From: a virus
Length of the DNA: 36,208 nt
Strand: one strand, 5' to 3'
Virus record (IMG/VR): IMGVR_UViG_3300046660_000306
The position numbers and the translations under genes were made by a program. The notes beneath the pieces were generated by a model. That model was not told the origin of the DNA. It searched no databases and was given only the letters and a program-made list of their open reading frames with translations. Below are positions 7,574 through 17,835 of the stretch, piece after piece (position 1 is the first letter of the stretch; every line of letters begins with the position of its first letter).

Positions 7574-10402
7574 TTACTCCTGGTCGGATAGTTGGCTGCG
7601 CTGGCGGGCGGACTTTTCCCGATCGATACGGGTCAGCTCGGCACGCACGGCGTGGGCAACCGCCTGGGAATCCATGCCCGGGGTGGGGTGAATGTTGATT
7701 TCGTAGTGGTCGTGACTGTCGTAGGTCGAGGCAGTCGGTGGTGCAACGGGCGCTCGGTTGTCGATCGCAACGATGGGAGTTGCCGCTGTGCCCATGGCCA
7801 TGACAGGGGCCGCAATGCTGCCCAGCGCCAAGGCGCCGGCTGCGGTGAACTGCTTGCCGAGTGTCGCTAACGACGCCAGAACGCCAGAGTCGGTGCCACT
7901 GGTTTCGCGTACGGCCGTTTGCGCAGCGGCTTGAGCAGCTCTGACAGACTGAGCCACTCCGGCAGCTTCGACCGGTGTGCGTTTCTCCCCGGTTGGAGAT
8001 GGGCCGGCGATCGCATTCATCACGAACGAACCTGCGCTGGTGAGTTGCTTGCTGATTTGCGCGACGGCATCGAGCGGCCCTTGTTCACCGGATTGCAGCC
8101 CCTGCGTCAGGCCCGCCATGGTGAATCCACCCAGTTCGGCAAAGACACGCGATGGGCTGTGGATGCCGAGTTTTTCCTTGAACCAGTCGATGGTCGAACC
8201 GCCGATCGAGGTGATGGCCTCCTTGATCTGTCCGGCGCCGGCCATCAAGCCGTTGACCAGACCATTGACGATCATGTTGCCGAACTCAGTGAAGCGCGTC
8301 GGCAGATCCACACCCAAGTAGCTCAGCACTCCAGCAAAGGCTTGGTAGATCAACCCGATCGGACTGAAGTTGGCCAGAGTGGTGAGAATGCCGCCGATGC
8401 CGCCGCTGAAGCCGGCCTTGATCTCAGTCCACGCATTGGCGAAGTACAGCTTCACCTGGTCCCAGTTCTGATAGATGAGGTAGCCGGCTCCGGCCAGTGT
8501 CGCCACGACGGCAGCGATGGCCAGCGCCACAGGATTGGCTGCCAGTCCCCACAGGGCGATGCTGACGGCGCGGATAGCAGCTACCAGTCCACCGCTGATA
8601 GCCACGGCCAACACTCTCAGCAAGCCCAAGAGAGAGGGGATCTTCAGGCCGATCATGGACAGCGCGAAACGCACAGCGAGGAATGGGCCAAGCACGCCGG
8701 CAATTCCAAGTGCGACGACACCGAAGCCAGCGGAAAGGGCTGCAATCCCGGCCGCGACTTTCAACAGGCTCGAAACGAGCGTGGGGTTTTGAGTGGCCCA
8801 GGTGTTCACCCGCTCAATGATGCGGTTGAAGCCGTCGACCAGTTCGATGATCGTCGGTCGCAGCGTTTCGCCCAAGGCGCTGCTGAGGTTGAACAGACGG
8901 TTTTGGCTCATCTGCCAGCGAGCGGACAGCTGCTCGCCTTTGATGTCGCCTTCGCGCTGCATCGACCCGCCGCTTTTGGTGCTGTTTACCAGTTCCAGTT
9001 GGCGCCGGTACTCGCCGATGTTGGCGGCGAGCTTTGCGGCGTCGTCGCCGTATTCCTTGCCGAACAGCTGAGTCATAACGCCAAGTTGATCGGCCTTGGG
9101 CAACTTGCTTACCGCATCCAGCACCTTCTGGATGGTACCGGTCGCATCCTTGGCCATGCCCGCTTGCACGGCTTTCGCCTCAAGCCCAACTGCTGCCAGT
9201 CCTTGTTGAAACCGCTTCGGCTGCTGCGTCGCAATCGCCAGTTCACGGATCATGGCGTTGGTGGCCGTGCCCGCTACTTCCGCCGAAGCACCCAAGGTCA
9301 AGAAGGTGGAGCCCAGCGCCGCAGCATCCTTGAACGACATGCCCACCGAGGCCGTGATGCCGGCGGTGCGCTGCATCACTTCAATGATGTCGGACCCTTT
9401 GGACATGGCGTTGTCGTCAAGGAAGTTGATGGCGTCACCGAGCTGGCTGACGTTCTTGATCGGCAGTTTGTAGAGCTGGGCGATACGCGCCAGGCTCTCA
9501 CCGACCTGATCAGCTGGTATCTCGAAAGCCGTGGCAGCCGTCGCCGCGACGCGGGCGAACTCGAGCAAGTTGTCCTTGCCCTGAATGCCCATCCGCGCAC
9601 CGCCCTCAACGAGCGCAGCGATGTCGGTGGTGGCCATGGGAATGCTTTCGCCCATCTTTTTGATGGCTGCGCCCATGTCGTAATAGGTCTGGGTGAGTTT
9701 TCCGTTGTCGTCCCGGGCACCGTCGACTTGCTTGGCTACACCGGCCATGGCGTCTTCGAAGCTCGAATAGTTTTTCACCATCGCCAGAATTGGCAGCCCA
9801 GCAGCCGCTCCGGTGGCGACAGCACTGGCGCCCGCCGTTGCGGTGACGCCGACCATCTCTCGATTCTTGGCGAAGTTGCTGCGCATTTTTGCTGCCTGCG
9901 CTTGCCGTGCATTCAAGGCCGCCATGCGCTTGCCCTGAGTGCTGATGCTGGCGTTGGTGGCGTCGATCTGCTCGCGCAGCTGGCGCTCATGACCGTTCAG
10001 GGCTTTGGTGCTGATACCAGCGTCATGTAGCCGGCTGCGCAAGCCCTGGAGTTTTTCGCTCTGTTGCTGATGGGCTTGTTTCAGCGCCTGGGCTTCACGT
10101 ACCGCCGCGCGGAATTCCTTGGCCATCGCTTTGGTCGGGACGCCAGTGCTCGCGAATTGCTGACTGAGCCCTTTGACCTTGGCTTGTGCGGCCGCCATTG
10201 CTTGGCCGGTCTCTTCAGCGGCTGCCCGCTGGGAGCGCCAAGCGCTGATGTCATTCTGTTGGGTGTTGAGCTCTTTCAGACGGTCCCGGGCGCTCTTCAG
10301 CGCCCGGGCCGTTTCGAGGCTTCCCTGGCTGATTTGCCGAAGCGGCGCGGAGGCCTTGTCGATGGCATTGAGCAATACCTGAAGTCGTAGATCATTGGCC
10401 AT
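7574..10402 (-). CDS. T: Tail tape measure protein (P2 gpT)
   Basis: 942 aa. Ala/Gly-rich coiled N-terminus with hydrophobic central segments. Positioned after E/E'. Confidence 0.9.
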   Translation of the reverse strand: MANDLRLQVLLNAIDKASAPLRQISQGSLETARALKSARDRLKELNTQQNDISAWRSQRAAAEETGQAMAAAQAKVKGLSQQFASTGVPTKAMAKEFRAAVREAQALKQAHQQQSEKLQGLRSRLHDAGISTKALNGHERQLREQIDATNASISTQGKRMAALNARQAQAAKMRSNFAKNREMVGVTATAGASAVATGAAAGLPILAMVKNYSSFEDAMAGVAKQVDGARDDNGKLTQTYYDMGAAIKKMGESIPMATTDIAALVEGGARMGIQGKDNLLEFARVAATAATAFEIPADQVGESLARIAQLYKLPIKNVSQLGDAINFLDDNAMSKGSDIIEVMQRTAGITASVGMSFKDAAALGSTFLTLGASAEVAGTATNAMIRELAIATQQPKRFQQGLAAVGLEAKAVQAGMAKDATGTIQKVLDAVSKLPKADQLGVMTQLFGKEYGDDAAKLAANIGEYRRQLELVNSTKSGGSMQREGDIKGEQLSARWQMSQNRLFNLSSALGETLRPTIIELVDGFNRIIERVNTWATQNPTLVSSLLKVAAGIAALSAGFGVVALGIAGVLGPFLAVRFALSMIGLKIPSLLGLLRVLAVAISGGLVAAIRAVSIALWGLAANPVALAIAAVVATLAGAGYLIYQNWDQVKLYFANAWTEIKAGFSGGIGGILTTLANFSPIGLIYQAFAGVLSYLGVDLPTRFTEFGNMIVNGLVNGLMAGAGQIKEAITSIGGSTIDWFKEKLGIHSPSRVFAELGGFTMAGLTQGLQSGEQGPLDAVAQISKQLTSAGSFVMNAIAGPSPTGEKRTPVEAAGVAQSVRAAQAAAQTAVRETSGTDSGVLASLATLGKQFTAAGALALGSIAAPVMAMGTAATPIVAIDNRAPVAPPTASTYDSHDHYEINIHPTPGMDSQAVAHAVRAELTRIDREKSARQRSQLSDQE

Positions 10403-10852
10403 CGGCGCTACTCCTAACCCGCGCCCTCTCGCGCCAGTCCATCAGTTCCTGCAGGCCCAGCCGATCCATGTCGGCTGGCGCCCAGTGAAAGACCACGGCC
10501 AGATCGGCCATGGCGTCCTCTACGCAACGAGGGATGCATCCGTCTTCGCCTGCTTCTGCAGCAAAAAACCGACGACCTTGCCGCCGATGGCCAGCAGATC
10601 GGCAGGGTCCATGCCGGCAGCTTCGGGGGCGGTGATACCTGGTGAGCTGATGCGTGGGATGACCTTGATCAGGCTGGCCACGTCGAGGTTCAGCAGCTCG
10701 GCCAGGTGAATGCCACGCAGCTCACCCGCGCAGGGTTTGCGCAGGGTGACGGTTTCGATCAGCTGCTTGCCGCGTTGGATTGGGGTATCGAGCTGAACGG
10801 TGTTCTCTTCCGGCGCGGTAACAACGGAATCAGTGGTTTCAGGTGTGGACAT
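10392..10852 (-). CDS. Tail assembly chaperone E+E', made by a -1 programmed frameshift
   Basis: Hand translation of the -1 frame after T-TTT-TTG gives AAEAGEDGCIPRCVEDAMADLAVVFHWAPADMDRLGLQELMDWRERARVRSSADGQ*. It ends in a TGA that overlaps the T start (ATGGCCAATGA). Confidence 0.75.
10520..10852 (-). CDS. E: Tail assembly chaperone E (P2 gpE)
   Basis: 110 aa, positioned between FII and T, and contains the slippery site. Confidence 0.85.
   Translation of the reverse strand: MSTPETTDSVVTAPEENTVQLDTPIQRGKQLIETVTLRKPCAGELRGIHLAELLNLDVASLIKVIPRISSPGITAPEAAGMDPADLLAIGGKVVGFLLQKQAKTDASLVA
10562..10570 (-). other. Slippery heptamer T-TTT-TTG (plus strand caaaaaacc) for the E/E' frameshift
   Basis: Zero-frame codons are GGT TTT TTG. 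This is the same heptamer reported for the P2 FETUD operon. Confidence 0.75.
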
Positions 10853-10900
10853 GGTTTTCTCCAGGAGGTGGGGTGCGCCCTCGATCGAGGGCCATTCGAA

Positions 10901-11416
10901 TTAGATGCCCAGCGCTTTTCGCTGGCCTTCGAGCATGTCGACGCCGTCGACCATCTCGACGAAGTTGAGCAGGTCGATCTCGATGATGACTTCACCGTCG
11001 ACGATCAGTTTGTAGTAGCTGCAGGTGGTGGTCATGGCGTGCTCAGTGTCTTCACCCGGCTGGGCATCGCCCATTTCGATGGTTTCATGGCGGCCACGTA
11101 CCACGATTTCGACGGCGCTCATTTCCTCGGTATCGTCTTGTTGGAAGAAGCCGGTGAAGCGCAGCAACACGCCGGACGCCTTGATGGTGGCGAACTGGCG
11201 CAGCGAGATCAGATCCAGTCCGCCGGTTTTCCATTCCAGCTGAATACCGTCGTCGGAGAAGCCCAGATCCGCCTTGACCGGGCCGTTCATACCGCCACCG
11301 CGATAGGCCTCCATCTTGCGACCGAGGGCGGGCAAGGTGACGGACTTGGCGACGGCGAGGTAGCTACTGCCGTCGTTGAAAAGGTTCATGTTCTTGAGTT
11401 TGCGAGGCAGGGCCAT
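10901..11416 (-). CDS. FII: Major tail tube protein (P2 gpFII)
   Basis: MALPRKLKNMNLFNDG... N-terminus typical of FII, 171 aa, synteny. Confidence 0.9.
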   Translation of the reverse strand: MALPRKLKNMNLFNDGSSYLAVAKSVTLPALGRKMEAYRGGGMNGPVKADLGFSDDGIQLEWKTGGLDLISLRQFATIKASGVLLRFTGFFQQDDTEEMSAVEIVVRGRHETIEMGDAQPGEDTEHAMTTTCSYYKLIVDGEVIIEIDLLNFVEMVDGVDMLEGQRKALGI

Positions 11417-11473
11417 GGCGGTGTTCTCCGGTCGGCAGGCGCAGGGTTTCCTCCCCGTGAGGGGAGGCCCGGG

Positions 11474-12646
11474 TTAGCTGTTGAGGCGGCTGGCAAAGTC
11501 GACCAGGTAACGGTCGGTGATGCGCTGACGCAGGGTGAGGTCTTCCAGCGGCGGCACGGGGGTGTAGTCGTAGTCGATGTACAACTTGCCGGCCTTGAGC
11601 GTGGTTTCGTCGTTGATGTCGTCGGGGAACCAGGCGCTGCCGCCGATCAGGTATCCGCCGGCGATCATTTCGCGGAACTTGTCGTTGATGCTTTCGAGCA
11701 TGTCGCGCACCAGCGATGGGTGCATGGGTTTGTCCATGGCCCACATTTGCGCGTTGGCCATCGTGTCGGCCAGTACTTGGGCGGTGCGGGTGTAGTTCTC
11801 GAAGGCGAACAACGGATCGTCGCTGCAGGTGCGGCTGCCCCAGAAGCGATAGCCGCCCTCGTTAATCAGCGTGGTGACTTCGTTGCCGTTGAGGTAGTTG
11901 GCATCGGTGGCCGAGTTCTGCAGATCCCAGAACACGTCGGCACTGATACCGGTAACGCCGTTGACGGCGACGTTGGACAGGGTTTTGTGCCAGCCCACTT
12001 CCTGGTCGATCTTGGCGCGCAGGCCCAAAGCTCGGGCCACGGCTGGTGCGGTGACGGTGGCATTGGTGACGATGTTCCAGTTCTGGAAGTCCGGCCAGAT
12101 GACCATGACTTCGCGGGCACCAAAGTTCTCGCGATAGGTCGTCGCTTCTTCCTTGGTTTGGCAATCCGATGCACTGACATAAGCGAAGGCGCGCAGCTGC
12201 TGGGCGATAGCCACCAGTGCGGTGGCCACGGGCAAGGAGTCGAGACCTGGCACGCCAAGAATGCGCGGGGTGACCTTCAAGCGCGATTTGGCGGCGAGCA
12301 GGGCTTTCATACCGGTGTATTTGCCGGTGGCGGTGGTGGTACCGATCAGGTTGCTGGTGGTCGCGGCATCATCGACGCCGGTGGCGACTCGCACCACGAC
12401 GGTGACCGGTTTGGTCTGGTCGGCAATCGCCTGCAGGCTGGCAGCCAGCGTGCCTTCGGTACCGGCTTTGCCGATCGCGGATTGTACGTTGGTGATCAGG
12501 ACCGGAGTGTCCAGGGGGAACATCGTGGCATCGGCGTCTTCGGCAGTACAGACCAGGCCGATGACAGCGGTGGAAACGGTGCGAATGGGGCGAGTGCCCT
12601 CGTTGATTTCGAGGACTCGCACGCCGTGATGGTATTCGTCGGCCAT
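11474..12646 (-). CDS. FI: Contractile tail sheath protein (P2 gpFI)
   Basis: MADEYHHGVRVLEINEGTRPI... start at the ATG at 12646. 390 aa. Synteny. Confidence 0.9.
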   Translation of the reverse strand: MADEYHHGVRVLEINEGTRPIRTVSTAVIGLVCTAEDADATMFPLDTPVLITNVQSAIGKAGTEGTLAASLQAIADQTKPVTVVVRVATGVDDAATTSNLIGTTTATGKYTGMKALLAAKSRLKVTPRILGVPGLDSLPVATALVAIAQQLRAFAYVSASDCQTKEEATTYRENFGAREVMVIWPDFQNWNIVTNATVTAPAVARALGLRAKIDQEVGWHKTLSNVAVNGVTGISADVFWDLQNSATDANYLNGNEVTTLINEGGYRFWGSRTCSDDPLFAFENYTRTAQVLADTMANAQMWAMDKPMHPSLVRDMLESINDKFREMIAGGYLIGGSAWFPDDINDETTLKAGKLYIDYDYTPVPPLEDLTLRQRITDRYLVDFASRLNS

Positions 12647-12720
12647 GGGGATTGCCTGCGCAGTGGTGGAAAGACACTGCACAGGCTGCCGCGCGCGCGT
12701 TGGTTCGGCGAGCGGGAGGA

Positions 12721-12743
12721 CTTGTAGGCATAAGGCTTACAGG
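12721..12743. promoter_or_regulatory. Late-promoter activator dyad CTTGTA-N11-TACAGG upstream of FI (PF position)
   Basis: cttgtaggcataaggcttacagg. A TGT...ACA dyad like the P2 Ogr sites. One of three copies of the same motif. Confidence 0.6.
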
Positions 12744-13345
12744 TACTCGGCGAGCCATTCGGGTGCTGGCGGTCGGTGATCGAGCAACGGAAACTCACCG
12801 GATTCCGGCCATTTGCGCAGCGCTTGGCGGTATAGCTGCAACTCGGTGTATTGCTCAGGCGTCAGGGTCGTGGCGTCACTCGCCTCCAGTTCGTCACGGT
12901 GCCGGCTTACCACGCCGTCCGTTGCGGCCAGCTTGCCGTCACGCCAGACACGCTCAACTGCCGCAAGTTCTTCCGGCGAGGGCGGCGGCATATCACCCAA
13001 GTACGGATAGCCATCATCGCCCCAGGCGATCACCTTGGTTCCCGATTGCCCCGCCAACAGCCCGGCATGGTATTCAGCGGTAATTTCTACCGCGTCGGCA
13101 GGAATCGAGCAGGCCGGATTCGTCACCTCCACCGTGTCAGGGATTGCGTTCATATCTGGAACGCTGAACGTTTTCGGCTCATCGCCCGTGTTCGTCAACA
13201 CATCGTCACCCGCCCATGCAGACTCGCCAGGCTGCAAGACGATATCGGTCATCGGCCTGATCCACTCAGGATCTTGGATAACGATCAGGCGGCATCCAAA
13301 ATATTCGGTATCGTAAAAACCGCGCGTAGATTTTGAAGCGTACAT
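12737..13345 (-). CDS. G: Tail fibre assembly chaperone (P2 gpG-like)
   Basis: The C-terminal motif WRDGKLAATD...LTPEQYTELQLYRQALRKWPESGEFP is typical of tail fibre assembly proteins. Follows H. Confidence 0.8.
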   Translation of the reverse strand: MYASKSTRGFYDTEYFGCRLIVIQDPEWIRPMTDIVLQPGESAWAGDDVLTNTGDEPKTFSVPDMNAIPDTVEVTNPACSIPADAVEITAEYHAGLLAGQSGTKVIAWGDDGYPYLGDMPPPSPEELAAVERVWRDGKLAATDGVVSRHRDELEASDATTLTPEQYTELQLYRQALRKWPESGEFPLLDHRPPAPEWLAEYL

Positions 13346-13355
13346 AGATCTCTCC

Positions 13356-15332
13356 TTAAAAACCGATGCCGAAGTAGAAAGTGCCGCCGGTCATCTGATT
13401 TACGCCCGTATTGGTCACCGTTATGCCAAGCCCCGACTGAGTTACGTTGTAGACGGTCGTGCCCAATACGTTCCCTGTTGATCCGGTTCCATCACAACTG
13501 GCAGAAGCAAACAAACAGGCGTTCGGAAAGGCGGTAGGCCAGTTCGCCGGAAAGCTTTGTCCGCCTGGAGGAACCGCACCGGGCGCAGTTTTCGCCCACT
13601 GGAAAATCAACCCGCTCGGCAGCCTCTGACTGCCACTGGCGCCCAATGATGCGAAGAAGTCCGCATTGCGCTTGAGTTCCGCTGTCGAGTTAATCACCTG
13701 CCAAATCGTGGGCGACACGGCTATAAACGTCACGACCTGCCCACTCTTGATTGACAAGCTGGCCAGGGACGGAACGTCGTAGTTGATCGCCGTACCTGCA
13801 CCCGGAACAACAGTGCCGGAAGCACTTGTCGTAAGCAGGGTAAAAGACGCACCCAGCGGAGCACCCAGACTGGCTGGCGTTGGCAAGGTAAGCGTTGTCC
13901 CGTTTGTGCCGATGTACAGCCCGTTACCGATGTCGGCAGCCGTCAAAGTTCGCGAGCTTCCTAAAGTAACGAAGCCCCGCAAGCTGCCTAACGCCCGCTG
14001 CACAAACTCAGCAGTCGCAACCGACTTGTCATTAGCAAACTGCGGTTGGGTGAGCCAGTTCGGGCCGGACATCACGGCCGCATATTTAAGGGCCATAGAC
14101 CCGCTACGCAGGCGCCAGCCACCCGGCAATTTCACGAATTCGGCGTTATCCCCCGCGCTCAAAACAATATTTGCCAGGAGGTTACCGACCGGCGCCGCCA
14201 ACACGTCTGTTCCGGACGGCAGAACAGTGAGCGCACCCGGCCCAACGTCCACCACCTCGACCGTCGCCCCGTCTGGAAGCCCGGCTACCGGCGGCAGCGT
14301 GAAGCTGATCGGCATAGGAGAGCTACCGGCGGCAACGCCACCTACGTGCGATGCGCCCAGCGCCGTGCTGATTCCAAACGTTTCGAAGACCGAATACTCG
14401 ACGCCCATGCGCTTGGCAAACGCCGAATTAATCAGGCGCGACGATCGGTCAAACTGATCAGGCGTGTTCGCCGTGGGGTTGATCAGCGCCGGCGAGCTAA
14501 TCGGCGCAAAGCCTTGGGTCACGTTCTGAAACGTCAGTGCCGTGGTGCCCACGACAATCAATCCGTCCGTGACTAGTTGCCAACGCGTGTCGGCCAGGGT
14601 CGCGCCTTGCTCGACCGATGTCAGCAACGCCGACGTCACTTCGGCATTTGTGTCGGCATCCGGCGCGCGGGTCCAAGCCGGCGCGGCCGCAATCCAAATG
14701 CCATTGTCCTTGGCTACCGTCTGGTTTTTCACCAGCACCCGTGCGCCCGCCGGCACGGCCACGCCGTCGATCGTTTGCAGGCCCGCCAGCGCAATGTTGG
14801 CCGTGGTAGCTACCAACACCGATTGCTTGCCGTCCAGCTTGTTCAGTTCCTCCAGGACTTTTGCGTCGACATAAGCGCGTGTGGCCAGAACCACGCTGGG
14901 ATCGATCTTGAGTTCGACGTTGCTGGAGTTGCTGACGATCATATTCATGCGCACAACTTGGGTGCGGCCTGAGCCTTGCGTGAGAAGCGGCTTGAACGAC
15001 GGAGCGCAGTTAGCGATGGCTACCAGGTCGCCGTCAGCGTCATACAGGCCGATTTCACGAATCCACCAGCCGCCGACGTCTTCAGGAATGACCTGTTCGG
15101 CAATGATGATCGCGCTGTTGGCTGGGTCGACCTTGAGCTGGTTGAGCGGGGCTCGGCGGCGCTCATTGATCAGCGCGGTCTGGGTAGCCGAAGGCATTGG
15201 CTCGGTGCCGTTGGCATCGCCGACCCCCATCTGGGTGATCTTCCAGGCGATGCCCAGGGCATCCGCATTGGCTTGTTTGGCCAGGCCGATGTTGGTCAGG
15301 ATGGCGAAGAACTGAGAGGTCTGGTCGATCAT
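13356..15332 (-). CDS. H: Tail fibre protein (P2 gpH-like)
   Basis: Conserved N-terminus FFAILTNIGLAKQANA...ITQMGVGDANG...WIREIGLYD. 658 aa with a Gly/Ser/Thr-rich distal part. Confidence 0.9.
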   Translation of the reverse strand: MIDQTSQFFAILTNIGLAKQANADALGIAWKITQMGVGDANGTEPMPSATQTALINERRRAPLNQLKVDPANSAIIIAEQVIPEDVGGWWIREIGLYDADGDLVAIANCAPSFKPLLTQGSGRTQVVRMNMIVSNSSNVELKIDPSVVLATRAYVDAKVLEELNKLDGKQSVLVATTANIALAGLQTIDGVAVPAGARVLVKNQTVAKDNGIWIAAAPAWTRAPDADTNAEVTSALLTSVEQGATLADTRWQLVTDGLIVVGTTALTFQNVTQGFAPISSPALINPTANTPDQFDRSSRLINSAFAKRMGVEYSVFETFGISTALGASHVGGVAAGSSPMPISFTLPPVAGLPDGATVEVVDVGPGALTVLPSGTDVLAAPVGNLLANIVLSAGDNAEFVKLPGGWRLRSGSMALKYAAVMSGPNWLTQPQFANDKSVATAEFVQRALGSLRGFVTLGSSRTLTAADIGNGLYIGTNGTTLTLPTPASLGAPLGASFTLLTTSASGTVVPGAGTAINYDVPSLASLSIKSGQVVTFIAVSPTIWQVINSTAELKRNADFFASLGASGSQRLPSGLIFQWAKTAPGAVPPGGQSFPANWPTAFPNACLFASASCDGTGSTGNVLGTTVYNVTQSGLGITVTNTGVNQMTGGTFYFGIGF

Positions 15333-15946
15333 GGGAATACATCCAGAGTGTCAATGATGTGATCGCGACCGCCCCGGCCGATGACGGCAGTGACTTCGAT
15401 GTCGCGTTGAATGGGCGGGTACACGGTGATTTCGTCACCCTCGTAAATCACAGCGCGAAGGTAATGGTGGCCGGTTGTTTCGAGACTGATGGCTAGGCCT
15501 GTCAGGTGCCGGCTACGTGGCTTGGCGTCATCGATGAGGAACGTGAGCTCTTGGTACATCTCGTCGGTGATGCCGGTGTCCAGTACGCCAACCTTCAGCG
15601 CGAATGTGCCTGGTACGCCTTCGGGAATGGTCTCGAACCACTCCACCACTTCAATGAGATAGCCCAGCGGCTCGACCACACGGCGCAGGGCGCCGATGGT
15701 GCCCTTGCGAGAGTGGATGTAGTACGCCGCTCGGATGGCGGCGCGTTTGGTGGCTTCCGTCCATTTGCTGTCCCAGCGATCGACCGAAAAGGCCCAAGCC
15801 AAATACGGCAGCAGATCGACCGGGCACGCCATTGGGTTCCAAAGCTGGCGCAGCGGAATGGGTGTGCGCTGAATTTGCGCGAGTGCTTGGGCGGCCAGGT
15901 GTTCCAACTGGCTGGCATTGCCCGGTAACAGCGACACGGAGCTCAT
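15329..15946 (-). CDS. I: Baseplate/tail protein I (P2 gpI)
   Basis: LLPGNASQLE...LWNP..CP..LLPYLAWAFSVD.W motif and synteny. Confidence 0.85.
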   Translation of the reverse strand: MSSVSLLPGNASQLEHLAAQALAQIQRTPIPLRQLWNPMACPVDLLPYLAWAFSVDRWDSKWTEATKRAAIRAAYYIHSRKGTIGALRRVVEPLGYLIEVVEWFETIPEGVPGTFALKVGVLDTGITDEMYQELTFLIDDAKPRSRHLTGLAISLETTGHHYLRAVIYEGDEITVYPPIQRDIEVTAVIGRGGRDHIIDTLDVFP

Positions 15947-16857
15947 TACTCCGCACCCTGTGTCAGCGTGATGGCGGTGCAGTACGGCGCCTGGTACGGC
16001 GTGGCGGCGATATCGCTCCAGGCATCCAGCTCTACCTTGCGCACACCCTCGACGTGCAGGGCGGCGTGGATGGCGGACTCAGATACCTCCATACCCAGCC
16101 GGCGACGTTGATGCACGTAGGCCAGTAGGCGTTGGTTCGCAGCGGCAAGTATCGGCTCGGACTCGGGGCCGCTGGTCTTCAGGTAGAGCCTGGCGCTGAC
16201 TTGATAAGGGATAACAGCCGCGCTCTGCACGGTTAGACGATCCGCCACAGGCCGCCGGTCTTCGTCGCTCAGGTAGGTGTTGACGATGCTGAGCAAGCTC
16301 GCGTCTGCGGTGCCGTTGCCCAGCAAAGATTGCACCGTAACTACCACGACTGCGGGGCTTGGGCTTTCTGCTGTGGCATCGGCCACGCGGCCATCGGCAG
16401 CGCGGGCGTGAAAGATGTAGCTGTTGCGCGGGCCTGCGGTGCTGAGGCCTTCCCACGCCATTTGGGCACGCTCGCGCAAACTATCGTAGCTCTCCAGGAC
16501 TTCGGGGATCGGTGGCACGGCGCTGGGGTTGCCGATCTGCACCACCAGGCGTTCGACGTTGTAATTCGCCGCCAAGTTTTCCAGATCGGCCCCTTGGGCC
16601 AGGGCAAGCATGTTGGCAACGGCGCCTTCGTTGACCCGTTGGCGCCAGATGGTCTCGCGGTAGGCGTTCTCCTCGAGCAGCTTGGTCAGCGGCTCCGACT
16701 TTAGCTCGAGGCGTGCAGCGATTTTCGCTTGCTCGTCCGCCGGCCACAGGCTGATGGCATAGGCCTTGCGCTCGGCCAGGATCAACTCAAAGTCGATTTG
16801 CTCAACGATTTGCGGAGGCGGTAGCTGGCTGAGATCGATTGGGACAAAGGTGTTCAT
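15946..16857 (-). CDS. J: Baseplate wedge protein J (P2 gpJ)
   Basis: 303 aa, positioned between W and I. Start and stop overlap the neighbouring genes. Confidence 0.85.
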   Translation of the reverse strand: MNTFVPIDLSQLPPPQIVEQIDFELILAERKAYAISLWPADEQAKIAARLELKSEPLTKLLEENAYRETIWRQRVNEGAVANMLALAQGADLENLAANYNVERLVVQIGNPSAVPPIPEVLESYDSLRERAQMAWEGLSTAGPRNSYIFHARAADGRVADATAESPSPAVVVVTVQSLLGNGTADASLLSIVNTYLSDEDRRPVADRLTVQSAAVIPYQVSARLYLKTSGPESEPILAAANQRLLAYVHQRRRLGMEVSESAIHAALHVEGVRKVELDAWSDIAATPYQAPYCTAITLTQGAE

Positions 16858-17198
16858 ACGCTGGCCCCCAGTTGCAACGGGATACTCAGGTTGTGCTGTT
16901 GATTACCGTCGACTTCGGCGCCTTCCAGTTCCAAAACAACCTCACCCTGCAGGCTGACACCGCTGAACTGCACGCGACTGAGGTTGATTCGGGGCTCCCA
17001 ACGCAACAGGGCCATAGCGGTGGCGGCATACACGCGCAGCCGCGTGGCGTCGTTGAAGGGCTGGTCCACCAGCTCGGGCAGCAAGCTGCCGTAATCGCGG
17101 CGCATGACCCGGGTTCCGATGCGCGTAGTCAGGATGTCGGTTATCGACTGGCGGATGTGTTCCAGGTCGCCGATGGCGCTGCCGGTTTCTCGGTTCAT
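16854..17198 (-). CDS. W: Baseplate protein W (P2 gpW / gp25-like)
   Basis: LEHIRQSITDILTTRIGTRVMRRDYGS motif. 114 aa. Confidence 0.85.
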   Translation of the reverse strand: MNRETGSAIGDLEHIRQSITDILTTRIGTRVMRRDYGSLLPELVDQPFNDATRLRVYAATAMALLRWEPRINLSRVQFSGVSLQGEVVLELEGAEVDGNQQHNLSIPLQLGASV

Positions 17199-17767
17199 AG
17201 GGGTTTTCCTGACTGATCAGGGCCGGCCCTCACGCCGCCATGCGGGTGTTTGACCAGGCTGATACCGGCGGCGATGACATCTTCCGAGATGGTGACCGTT
17301 CCGGTGATGTTCTGATTGCCGGTCTGGGTGTAGTCGCCCTCATGGGTGATGGGGCCGACAATGTGGATACCACCTTTGCTGATCAGCTCGCTGGTGCCGA
17401 CCTCGGGCAGCACGGCCCTCAAATGATGGGCGATGCTGTCGTATTCGATGACGGCGCCGTCGCGGTAGGTGCGACGGTGTAGGCCTTCGCGGTCGCCATT
17501 GGCCGCATGTTCGTCGCTGAAAATGCCGGTGAGTGCCACGCCGTTGGCAAGTTGACCGGACGGGCTGAACAGAATGACCTGCTCGTTTACGGTGGGTGGG
17601 TTCCAGTCCTTGTCCAGGCCGGCACGCAGGGCAATCCATGGCAACCAGGCCGTGAGCAAATCGCCGGTTTTTACACGCACGCGCGGCGGCTGCATCTGTA
17701 CTTCGGCAACGGTGCCGAAGCGGATGAGGTTTTCCAGCAGGCGGGAGAGGGCGGCGATATTGGTCAT
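17195..17767 (-). CDS. V: Baseplate assembly / spike protein V (P2 gpV)
   Basis: LIRFGTVAEV...RVRVKTGDLLTAWLPW N-terminus. 190 aa. Confidence 0.85.
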   Translation of the reverse strand: MTNIAALSRLLENLIRFGTVAEVQMQPPRVRVKTGDLLTAWLPWIALRAGLDKDWNPPTVNEQVILFSPSGQLANGVALTGIFSDEHAANGDREGLHRRTYRDGAVIEYDSIAHHLRAVLPEVGTSELISKGGIHIVGPITHEGDYTQTGNQNITGTVTISEDVIAAGISLVKHPHGGVRAGPDQSGKPL

Positions 17768-17812
17768 GCCGCCGATGGTGGCGCCACGCGCACGCGAGCG
17801 CAGCCGGGGGAA

Positions 17813-17835
17813 CTTGTAGCGCGGGTGGTTACAGG
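17813..17835. promoter_or_regulatory. Late-promoter activator dyad CTTGTA-N11-TACAGG upstream of V (PV position)
   Basis: cttgtagcgcgggtggttacagg, overlapping the stop of S. The centre lies 57 bp from the V ATG. Confidence 0.55.

Noticed and set aside
12647-12736. Cargo at the G/FI junction (the P2 Z/fun hotspot)
   Set aside because: The junction is only about 90 bp, and the only feature I found in it is the late-promoter dyad. No inserted gene is present.
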